A stretch of 64,000 nt of DNA from Cyanophyceae cyanobacterium (GTDB lineage: Bacteria; Cyanobacteriota; Cyanobacteriia; Cyanobacteriales; Laspinemataceae), in assembly GCA_038321985.1 (NCBI GenBank), contig JBBQFN010000014.1:32001-96000 (forward strand), given 5' to 3'. The notes under the pieces are model-generated. The model was not told the origin of the DNA. It ran no database searches and saw only the letters and a list, made by a program, of their open reading frames with translations. Shown one piece after another: positions 34,161 to 42,641 of the stretch. The first letter of the stretch is position 1, and every line of letters starts with the position of its first letter. Position numbers and translations under genes: made by a program.

Positions 34161-34607
34161 ATACCAAATCCGGGTATCAAAAGTTGTTTTAATTTCATCT
34201 GATGTTTCCCGGACCAAAGCATCGGTCCGGGTTAGGGTGGGGTCCACTAAGTCATTCTCCTGTTAACCGCATGGATTATCGTCTAAAATCGATTTTTTAA
34301 TATTTCTTTACAACAATTAGGCGGTTATTTAAGACTTATTTCTACTTCCTTACCTAAAAATTTCACATTTACCCGATAGAGTTGAGACATGAAGGGGTGA
34401 AAAAATACCTGATTGAATCGTTCCAGGACCAGAAATCAACTTTATCGGGGATAAAATCAAAAAATTTTAACCCCTCTTTATTCCGGGGGTCCCGACAAAC
34501 CGGGATGAGAATAGATTTAGCCGATAACCCCCAACCCATCAGGGTGATCCCGTAGTGGGTACTGAATTAATAATCGCTCAGAATCTATCAAAAGCTGGAG
34601 AAATTGT

Positions 34608-34925
34608 ATGGAATTAACAACCCCACGGTTAACGGACGAGGACTTAGAACTGGGTTGGTGGGTAGAAGTAATCACCGAAAATCCTTTGTGTACTTACTAT
34701 TTTGGGGATTTTGAAAGCCGCGAAAAAGCGGAATGGGCGACAGGGTTTTATGTGAAAGACTTGGAAAAGGACGGGGCGGAAGGAATTTCTACTCAGCTAA
34801 AGCACTGTCAAGTGGAGGAATTAACCAATTTTGAAGATGAATTGCGCTCTAGTTCCGTGATGATCCTACCGCCTACAATTAAATGGCGATCGCGCTATCA
34901 GATTGAGCCGAATTATTGCCCTTAG
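34608..34925 (+). CDS. DUF1816-family small cyanobacterial protein
   Basis: WWVEVITENPLCTYYFGDFESREKAE...DLEKDGA pattern. Confidence 0.8.
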   Translation: MELTTPRLTDEDLELGWWVEVITENPLCTYYFGDFESREKAEWATGFYVKDLEKDGAEGISTQLKHCQVEELTNFEDELRSSSVMILPPTIKWRSRYQIEPNYCP

Positions 34926-34933
34926 GGGTCGGT

Positions 34934-35620
34934 TCACGAACCCACTCTCAGGTAAGGCAAGGGGTCGGTTAATCCCAATTCGGCAAATGCCGCTAGACGT
35001 AACCGACAAGAGTCACACACCCCACAAGGGCGATCGCCTCCGGCATAGCAGGACCAGGTTTTGTCCCAGGGTACTCCGAGGCGATCGCCCAGTTGGATGA
35101 TTTCGGTTTTTTTAAGATTAATCAGGGGAGTGACAATTTCTGTCGTCTCGGATTCTCTCCCCTGTTTTGTCCCCAACTGAAACACCTTCTGCATAGCTTG
35201 GATGTAGTCGGGACGACAGTCTGGATAGCCAGAATAGTCGATCGCATTAACGCCAATATAAACTCGTTGGGCATTGGTGGCTTCTGCATAGGCTAAACCA
35301 AAGCTCAGAAAGATAGTATTTCTAGCGGGAACGTAGGTGGTAGGAATAGTCTGAGCCATTTCGTCCAGGGAGCGATCGCAGGGGAGGTCCATTTTGTCAT
35401 CGGTGAGGGCAGAACCCCCCCACTGTCGCAAGTCAAACGAGACGATTTGATGTTCTGCAACCCCAGCGGATTCGGCGATCGCCCGTGCCGCTTCAAGTTC
35501 GCGGCGATGCCGTTGCTGGTAATCAAAGGAAATGGCATAACAGGTGCAGCCATCCGCTTTGGCTTGGTAGAGCACCGTAGAGGAGTCTAATCCTCCGGAT
35601 AATAAAATAACTGCTTTCAC
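34934..35620 (-). CDS. queC: 7-cyano-7-deazaguanine synthase
   Basis: SGGLDS, TYVPARN, DYSGYPDCRP, TWSCY...CGVCDSC. Confidence 0.97.
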   Translation of the reverse strand: MKAVILLSGGLDSSTVLYQAKADGCTCYAISFDYQQRHRRELEAARAIAESAGVAEHQIVSFDLRQWGGSALTDDKMDLPCDRSLDEMAQTIPTTYVPARNTIFLSFGLAYAEATNAQRVYIGVNAIDYSGYPDCRPDYIQAMQKVFQLGTKQGRESETTEIVTPLINLKKTEIIQLGDRLGVPWDKTWSCYAGGDRPCGVCDSCRLRLAAFAELGLTDPLPYLRVGS

Positions 35621-35870
35621 GCTTTTTTCTGGGTTAGGCTTTTCTCCTATTCTGGCAGGGAAATGCGATCGCTCTCTAATCTCCTTGCGGTTTTCTAAAC
35701 TATCCCCGCCGAATCCCTGCGGTGGACTTTTTGCAATAAATATTTACATTTTTTCCCCTATTTAACTCGGCTTTAGTAACATTCTGTATCTTTTTGAAAT
35801 GATACTTTATGGATTTTACCTCACCGATTGGTTAAGCTAAAACTAAAGATAGCAAGGTAGAGGAAATTTT

Positions 35871-36386
35871 ATGGCAACTCATCCTACAGTTAATATCAAA
35901 CACCCCATCTGGCAAACCCTTGTCCTGATCAGCCTGGGATTCTGGTTGAGTGCCTGCCTCTTACTGGATCTGGTTATCCTCCCCAGTATGTACGCGGCAG
36001 GGATGATGAAAGAAGCGGGGTTTGCTTCTGCCGGTTACCTATTATTTGGAACATTTAATCGCATTGAATTATTGTGTGCTGCCTTAGTGCTGACCGGAAT
36101 TCTCATTGTGGTTAAACAGCATCAATTTAACGAAAAATGGACAATTCCTGCTATTATTTTATCGATTATCTTGCTAGGCGTTGTTTTGGTTGATACCTAC
36201 GGCTTGACTCCGCAAATGAGCGCCCTGGCGATGCAACTGAATATATTTGAGCCGGTGCCAGAGATTCCCCCGGTTATGAATCAAATGCAACAAGGGTATT
36301 GGATGCTTGAACTTTTAAAACTCAGCGGCAGTGGAATTTTGCTGAGTTGGATGTATCAAAATCAACAACAAACCCTCGCTTCATAA
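35871..36386 (+). CDS. DUF4149-like integral membrane protein
   Basis: Four hydrophobic segments; FNRIELLC and LTPQMSAL motifs; SD GAGG. Confidence 0.7.
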   Translation: MATHPTVNIKHPIWQTLVLISLGFWLSACLLLDLVILPSMYAAGMMKEAGFASAGYLLFGTFNRIELLCAALVLTGILIVVKQHQFNEKWTIPAIILSIILLGVVLVDTYGLTPQMSALAMQLNIFEPVPEIPPVMNQMQQGYWMLELLKLSGSGILLSWMYQNQQQTLAS

Positions 36387-36417
36387 GGATTTCACCAGAG
36401 AATTTTTAACTCAACAT

Positions 36418-36445
36418 AAAGCCCCCAACTCTGTTGGGGGTTTTT
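36418..36445. terminator. Bidirectional intrinsic terminator between convergent genes
   Basis: AAAGCCCCCAAC-tct-GTTGGGGGTTTT. Confidence 0.75.
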
Positions 36446-36472
36446 GCTTATAAAGGGTAATTTTTTTTAGAG

Positions 36473-36808
36473 TTAATCGCGATCGCCCAAGCCGATTGCT
36501 GGGGTTTCTGATTCAAAGGAGAGGTCTTCGTCCTCTTCCTCTTTTGCGAATAAAAGACGTAGCGCCAGGATGGCAAAACCCAGGGCAGCGATCGCCTTGA
36601 GGAGATAGGGGGGGAGTAATTGCGCCACACCTTCTCCCGCTAAAACTCCCAGCAAACTAGCTAACAGGAGTGCGCCTGCGGTCCCGAAAAATACCGACTT
36701 TGGGAATTTAGAACTACCACCGAGGGCGATCGCCGCGACTTGGCTTTTGTCTCCTAATTCTGCTAAAAATATCGTGATAAAACTTACGCCGAGAAGTTGC
36801 CAATCCAT
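36473..36808 (-). CDS. Half-size TMEM165/GDT1 (UPF0016) family protein
   Basis: Single FLAELGDKSQ motif; 3 TM. Confidence 0.9.
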   Translation of the reverse strand: MDWQLLGVSFITIFLAELGDKSQVAAIALGGSSKFPKSVFFGTAGALLLASLLGVLAGEGVAQLLPPYLLKAIAALGFAILALRLLFAKEEEDEDLSFESETPAIGLGDRD

Positions 36809-36883
36809 TGTCTGCTATCCTGCTTGATTTTTAATGGTTCCAGAAAAAAGAAAGGAAAGAGGGGTTGCGGCAATCCTCGGGAA

Positions 36884-37330
36884 TTAATGAAGAATATCCC
36901 ACACCAGCATCGCCGAAACAAATAACAGGACGATTGCCGCTGATTTTTCTAGGGTTTTGGGAGAAATACGAGTTGCCAACCAGCGCCCCAGAAGTACCCC
37001 TAATAAGCTGGTTGCTACCAATGCGGAACCGGCACCGGCAAAGACAATCCAGGGAGATTGGGATTCAGCAGTCATTAACAGCGTGGCGACTTGAGTTTTA
37101 TCCCCTAATTCCGCTAGGAAAATGGTCACGAAGGTAGAAGCGAAGACACTCCAGCCTCCCTGACGGGATTTAGGAACTCGGGTTTTGGCAGGTGCGATAG
37201 GTAATGGGGTCGGCGGGAGTTCCAGGGGCGCAGCTAAGGTGAGAGTATGTTCTAACAGGGTTTCGGCTTCGGGGAGGACGGGAGAGAAGGTGGGCAGGAC
37301 CTCGGGAACAGAAGACGTTTTTGCTGGCAT
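36884..37330 (-). CDS. Half-size TMEM165/GDT1 (UPF0016) family protein
   Basis: Single FLAELGDKTQ motif; ATG 37330 chosen as the likely start. Confidence 0.88.
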   Translation of the reverse strand: MPAKTSSVPEVLPTFSPVLPEAETLLEHTLTLAAPLELPPTPLPIAPAKTRVPKSRQGGWSVFASTFVTIFLAELGDKTQVATLLMTAESQSPWIVFAGAGSALVATSLLGVLLGRWLATRISPKTLEKSAAIVLLFVSAMLVWDILH

Positions 37331-37486
37331 GGAGGGTAACCGCTGTAGTTTTTTCAGATATCTTTCATTATTCCCGAAGACCCCCCCAAAAATCAACCGG
37401 AAGGTAGAGGAAAGCGCACCGAGTGCATTGCCCTCTACCGGGAGGAATAGGAGAGAGGAAATAGAAAGCGAGGAAGGGAGACTAGA

Positions 37487-37879
37487 TTAATCTAAGGTTG
37501 GCAGTTCCAGCATGGAAACTCCAACCGCGTCATTGAACCTGAGCATTTCCATGCTGCGATCGCCGTGAACCGCCTCAATTTGCTGCTGACAGCATTCGAT
37601 GGCAAACTCGTCTAACTCCTCGGGTTCAATGCCGTACATCTCGTGAAACACATCGGGGAGGACCCGACAAAAGCGGGGACGGTCCGGATAAATCGTGCAT
37701 TCCTGGTTGAGGCGATCGAGATGGATACACCATCCATCCGGCCCTACCATACTCAGATACAAGGCCAAATCTTGCTCAGATAGATACTCGGCCAACTCCG
37801 GACGCTCCTCTGGATCCAGATGACAGCACGCTCCACACTGCTTGACACAACGCCAACTCGCCACGGTTAAACACCCCAT
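37487..37879 (-). CDS. YkgJ-family cysteine-cluster protein
   Basis: CVKQCGACC, GWCIHLD, CTIYPDRPRFC; start may be GTG 37864. Confidence 0.88.
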   Translation of the reverse strand: MGCLTVASWRCVKQCGACCHLDPEERPELAEYLSEQDLALYLSMVGPDGWCIHLDRLNQECTIYPDRPRFCRVLPDVFHEMYGIEPEELDEFAIECCQQQIEAVHGDRSMEMLRFNDAVGVSMLELPTLD

Positions 37880-38145
37880 ATAGAACGCTCGTGCCTTTTC
37901 ACAATAGCGCTTTTTACCCCCCGATCGCCGGAGATTCTAGGCCCCAGGTTCAAAAAAAAACCCGCTCTAGGTTCCTCTTTTTTTTAGATTTTTGTAAAGT
38001 TCCTTAAAAAAATGAGCCATTCACTTGATAAGATTGTATGCGGCTTTTGATTTACAGCGTGGCAAATCCCATCTCCCATCCGGGGTAGGGTAAAGCGCTG
38101 TTAGTTTTAGATATCTACTGCTGTTGGGCACCGTTGGGAGGAGAA

Positions 38146-38277
38146 ATGGATTTTTTAAGTAGTTTTGCAAGCAACCTCAATGTAGAAGCGATTCTTCAAC
38201 TCACTTTCGTGGGATTGATCTTGATTGCTGGCCCAGTTGTCATCTTTTTACTGGCATTTCGCGGCGGCGATATGTAA
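38146..38277 (+). CDS. psb30: Photosystem II small subunit Psb30/Ycf12 (43 aa, absent from the ORF track)
   Basis: [43 protein letters not shown]; AGPxVIxLLAxRxG signature; SD GGAGGAG. Confidence 0.93.
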   Translation: MDFLSSFASNLNVEAILQLTFVGLILIAGPVVIFLLAFRGGDM

Positions 38278-38804
38278 CGAAAGTGGCTTCGATCGCCGCT
38301 GCATGAACGGTGTAGCGTTTGATTATTCTGGCTTTTTTGTCAAGATTTCAGATCTCAGAAGGGCGATCGCCTCTAATCTGGGATTTCTGTCCCTAACTCT
38401 GCCGGTTGCAGTATTTTGTCCTTTACCGGCGTAAACTGCGTTGAGATAGGCTCCATCTGGAGTACCCTCTAGGACCCCTGACTGGCAAAGCAGACCCCAG
38501 AAACCCCAGCCTACACAAAGAGCCTGGGAGAATGACTTTAAGTTAAGACTCCGCTGGAGTTTTACTCGGTCCCCACTCCCAGGGCTGGCTGTAGGATAAA
38601 AGCTCAATATTCTGGAGATTTGGGGGTTCCTGAAATCCCCCCAGGGATGAAAATTACCCAGCAGGGCGATCGCTGGATTGAGTATTGATTTTTCCCTCTC
38701 TATCCAACAAGCTAACCCGGTTTTATCCTGGTCCAGCCCGTTGCACCCGGCGATCGGCCAAATGAATAGACAGATTGGTTTTGGACCCCTTAACCCAAAA
38801 ATAA

Positions 38805-39044
38805 CTAGGGGAATAAAATCGGGTTTAATAACCCGGATTCTTCCATCAATTCTTTTAACCTCACGTAGGCCTGTTCTGCTGTCAGGGGCTCAGAATCGCT
38901 CTGATTCGGTAAATAAAATCGTCGCTGTTGACCCTGATAGCGAACCATAAAACTAGATATCACCCCGAGCGAAACCGTTGTTTCTGCGAGTTCTTCTACT
39001 GCATCGGATAAGCTATCCTGTTCAGTAAACCATTTTTGGCTCAT
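38805..39044 (-). CDS. Small hypothetical protein
   Basis: ATG at 39044 preceded by AAGAGG; natural-looking 79-aa sequence. Confidence 0.6.
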   Translation of the reverse strand: MSQKWFTEQDSLSDAVEELAETTVSLGVISSFMVRYQGQQRRFYLPNQSDSEPLTAEQAYVRLKELMEESGLLNPILFP

Positions 39045-40105
39045 ATTCGCCTCTTTTGCTACAATCGATCTGGACTGACACAAGGCTGTGTAAAAACGGC
39101 TCATTCTGTGTGTTTTAGAGAGTTAAGTTGACCCACTGGAGCAGCGGCTCAGTTGGTCCGGTCCCCATGTGACTTCTTTGATAATTCCCCGATTGGGGCC
39201 AAGGGAATCAAACTGGAGACTTTTTTTCCTCGATTAAGGGATCAGTTGTGAATCGGACGATAGAGCCAGAAAGGTCACTAGGCGTTCTCATTTAACAGTT
39301 TGAGGAGCTTGGGGGATAGTTGGCTCCCCCAAGCCTAAACCGCGCTGAAATTTGAAACCCTGTTGCACCCCGGCCAGAAAAATTATGAATCTAGGATGTA
39401 AAATTTTTCCCCTCATTCTGTTTATTTTTTCAGAGCAAACTCGCCAAGTGAGTCTCTTTAAATAGAGTCTCACTCTGGTGTTAAAATCGATTAATCCGGA
39501 GATGAAATAGCCGTTTTTAACAAAAAGTAGTGCCAGGGCGATTCCGGAATTGCCCCTGACCTCGAAGACGGGCGGCGCTAAAAGCTGGAATTAACCACTT
39601 ATTTAGACGTGCTATAAAGTTAAACTTATCCAGAATAACTCTTGTATCTATGATATGCGGTTCTAGAAAATAGCATTTCTACCGGAAGACAGGATTAATT
39701 GTTAAGCACTAATGTGGTAATAGATACAAAAGAGGGTCGGGGAGATCGCCCCGACCCCTGTTATTATCTAGTTTCACAAGGTAGAGTCAAAATTTGTGCC
39801 GTCTGCTGTGCGATCGAGGGTGAAAGGGGAGCAGGAAGTGGGTTTTAGGGCAGATTTAGAGATAAAATATATAATTACTTATACCTGATTGTCGGCCCTT
39901 TTCCTGAAAAGCTGATTATACCCAATCCGCTTTTAAAAAATCGGTGGTAAAAAATAGACAGGGTTGGGAGATTTCAATCCGAAAGCCGTACCCAATTCGG
40001 TGTCAATTATTGATTTTAAAAATAGTTATTATAAGACTTTCCGGCCAGAAAGAAATCTATTAAAAATTCACCGATACCTGGGCTGACATTACTCCAGAGT
40101 TAACC

Positions 40106-40561
40106 TTATTCTGAAAAGTGAACTTCACTGACTTGAAGTTGCTCCAGCGTTGGCTTGAGGTTGTTTAATAATTCCGTCATGGTTAAGGGCTTTGTAAAAT
40201 AATGGTTAGCCCCTAGACTGTCGAGAATTTCAAGCTGTAGTGGCTCAATATAGCTACTCATGACGATAACAGGTAAGTCTTTAAAATAAGCATTCTGTCG
40301 AATCCAGGCCAGCAATTCTAACCCAGACAAATGGGGCATATTAATATCAGTGAGAATCAGGTCCGGTATCCGCAGGGAGCCTTCGCGATCGCCTGGGGTA
40401 TTTTGAGTCAACGATAAGTAATCTCTGGCTTCTTTACCATCTTTAACTATTTCTATCTCTAACCCCAAATCGGAGAGTTGAAAGGCTAAATTTAAGAGGT
40501 TAGCATAAGCCGGATTGTCTTCAACTATCAATATTCGGGTGCGCTCTGTTATTAGGTTCAT
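40106..40561 (-). CDS. Single-domain response regulator (CheY/Rcp1-like)
   Basis: ILIVEDN...PDLILTDINMPHLSGLELL...GANHYFTKP. Confidence 0.9.
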   Translation of the reverse strand: MNLITERTRILIVEDNPAYANLLNLAFQLSDLGLEIEIVKDGKEARDYLSLTQNTPGDREGSLRIPDLILTDINMPHLSGLELLAWIRQNAYFKDLPVIVMSSYIEPLQLEILDSLGANHYFTKPLTMTELLNNLKPTLEQLQVSEVHFSE

Positions 40562-41175
40562 GAGGGGTCCCTCTCTCTATTAATTATGATGACAATCCGT
40601 TAGGGTTGGTGTCGGCTTGGCGGAAACTCCTGGCTAGAAAATCTCCCTTTTTTCGGGAACAAACAACCCAGCTTATCTCTCAACTCATTTTTATGGATAA
40701 AAAATAGGACAAAGATTTCTAAACCCTTAGCCAGATTTTAAAAAATCTCGTAAAAGTTGATAAGGTTTTACCCTACAACCCAGTTGATTTAAATAATTTT
40801 AATTAGAAAGTGACTGGAGGATAAATCTTACCTTCAAGCCAGCCTGTTCTGGAAAATAGAGAAGTTTTTTAGAAGTGAAGGCCATGTGCGGGTTATATTA
40901 AACGCATTTCCTCCCGAAAGTTATATTATTTATAATAAAACATCGCTTAAGCTGATATAGTCTATCTATAGAGATAAAATATGTTAAATCAAAAAGTAGT
41001 CTTTGCTACAACTTAGGTTAAAATGCTTAGGGGTGATAGTTTTAATAAAATTATAGGGCTCTGTTAAAAAGTGGGAATTTGTAGAAGACTAGGTGATAAA
41101 ACAATGCTCTCTTATTATAGGGGCGCTTCTTTTAGGAGAAGGCGGCGAGCTTAATTTGGACGAAAGGACCAGAAT

Positions 41176-41204
41176 TTGTCAATTTTTGAAAATTAAGGTA
41201 TAAT
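41176..41204 (+). promoter_or_regulatory. Sigma70-type promoter for the PAS-Crp gene
   Basis: TTGTCA (41176-41181), 17-bp spacer, TATAAT (41199-41204). Confidence 0.65.
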
Positions 41205-41225
41205 TAGATGAGAAAATAAGGAGGA

Positions 41226-41278
<53 letters not shown>

Positions 41279-41452
41279 GTTTTTATATTGCCCTAGATAG
41301 AGGACTAAAAGTTAAATCAAAATAACTTAAATAACTCAATTAGTAAGATAGGAGCAGGAGGAAATATTTTTAAGTTAGATGTATTTAACCAATATCTCAA
41401 AACACTTAACGAGCGGATTGAAAATCTCTATCAGCGAAGCTCTAAATCCCTT

Positions 41453-42541
41453 TTGGGGATGGAGTCTGGGGAGTTACTTCCCATTGCCTTTAAAGAACTG
41501 GGGACCGCTTCGGAAGAACTGGTTGTCGCTGTCGAACAACTACTAGAGCAGCAGCAACAATTGGCGGATTCTTTCCATCAACTAGAGGCAGAGCGCAGGC
41601 GCTATCAAAATATATTGGAAGAAGCACCTCATGCTTACATTTCCCTCAATAGCAGCAGCGAGATCACCTTAGTGAATCGTGCCGCTACCCGGTTGTTCAA
41701 CTGCACTCAGGGTATGTTACTCAACAAACCCTTCAGCATTTTAGTTCCTCTGGAAACACGACGGGAGTTTCGGGAAGAATTCACGCGGCGACGAGAGATT
41801 GAAGAAGATCAAGAGTGGCAACTCAAGTTGTATTCCCCTCGCCGGGAGCCATTTGAGGCGACGTTGACCCTCTCGATAGAACGGGACTCCTGGGGTAATA
41901 TTTTTTCCACCTACCTTTGCATTCAAGACATCAGCGATCGCAACCGAGGGCTTGCAGATGGAAAAAATACTAAGGAGGAACTATTAGGCAATCGCCCGAG
42001 GCACAGTTTTTCTAAAGGGGAAAATATTCCCTTGCAGCAGGATGCCATGTGGGTAATTTGTAAAGGCTGGGTAAAGTTGAGTACCCTCACGGAAAACAAT
42101 ACCGAAGTGCTAATGGGAATAGCCGGTAAGGGAATCCCTTTCTGTCGGAGTTTAACCCTGCTGCCTATTTATCAAGTGACAGCACTTTCCCAAACCGTAG
42201 AATTAACCTCTATTTCCCATGTAGAAATAGCTCACTCCTCTGACTTGTCTACATTGATTGCTAAAGGCGTGAGCCAGCGACTACAGCAGACTGAATTATT
42301 TTTATCAGTCTCCGGAAAACTGCGAGCCTACGATCGCCTCGTGAGCTTGCTTGACGTTTTAAAAACTATTTTAGGAGAACCCGTTGCTAACGGAACCCGG
42401 TTGAGTTTGCGTCTCACCCATCAGGAACTCGCCGACGCTAGCTGTACTACTCGGGTTACGATTACCCGCCTGCTGCGCAACTTACAGGACAAGAAAAAAA
42501 TTAAAATAGATAACACTAATCATATTACTATTTTGGATTAG
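41453..42541 (+). CDS. PAS-domain Crp/Fnr-family transcriptional regulator (start probably further upstream)
   Basis: Coiled coil, PAS (VNRAATRLF...QDISDR), cNMP-like fold (GWVKLS), HTH LTHQELADASCTTRVTITRLL. Confidence 0.88.
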   Translation: MGMESGELLPIAFKELGTASEELVVAVEQLLEQQQQLADSFHQLEAERRRYQNILEEAPHAYISLNSSSEITLVNRAATRLFNCTQGMLLNKPFSILVPLETRREFREEFTRRREIEEDQEWQLKLYSPRREPFEATLTLSIERDSWGNIFSTYLCIQDISDRNRGLADGKNTKEELLGNRPRHSFSKGENIPLQQDAMWVICKGWVKLSTLTENNTEVLMGIAGKGIPFCRSLTLLPIYQVTALSQTVELTSISHVEIAHSSDLSTLIAKGVSQRLQQTELFLSVSGKLRAYDRLVSLLDVLKTILGEPVANGTRLSLRLTHQELADASCTTRVTITRLLRNLQDKKKIKIDNTNHITILD

Positions 42542-42557
42542 GGCGTGGAATTGGGCA

Positions 42558-42585
42558 GTAGAGGGCCTGCGCATTGCGCCCCTAC
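42558..42585 (-). repeat. GTAG-family REP-like palindrome
   Basis: Minus strand GTAGGGGCGCAATGCGCAGGCCCTCTAC, between convergent genes. Confidence 0.65.
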
Positions 42586-42641
42586 AAATACAGCTTGACA
42601 GGGCTAGTTACTAAACCGCTACCGGCGAACGTTGTAAAACT

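Noticed and set aside
33817..34202. ORFs 33817..34110 and 33969..34202 as intact genes
   Set aside because: Each is only partly homologous; the N-terminal half of the - ORF is the antisense of the regulator fragment
35774..35787. NtcA-like GTA-N8-TAT site
   Set aside because: Imperfect match in AT-rich DNA; insufficient evidence
38225..38434. 69-aa ORF in the track
   Set aside because: Out-of-frame overlap with the real psb30 gene
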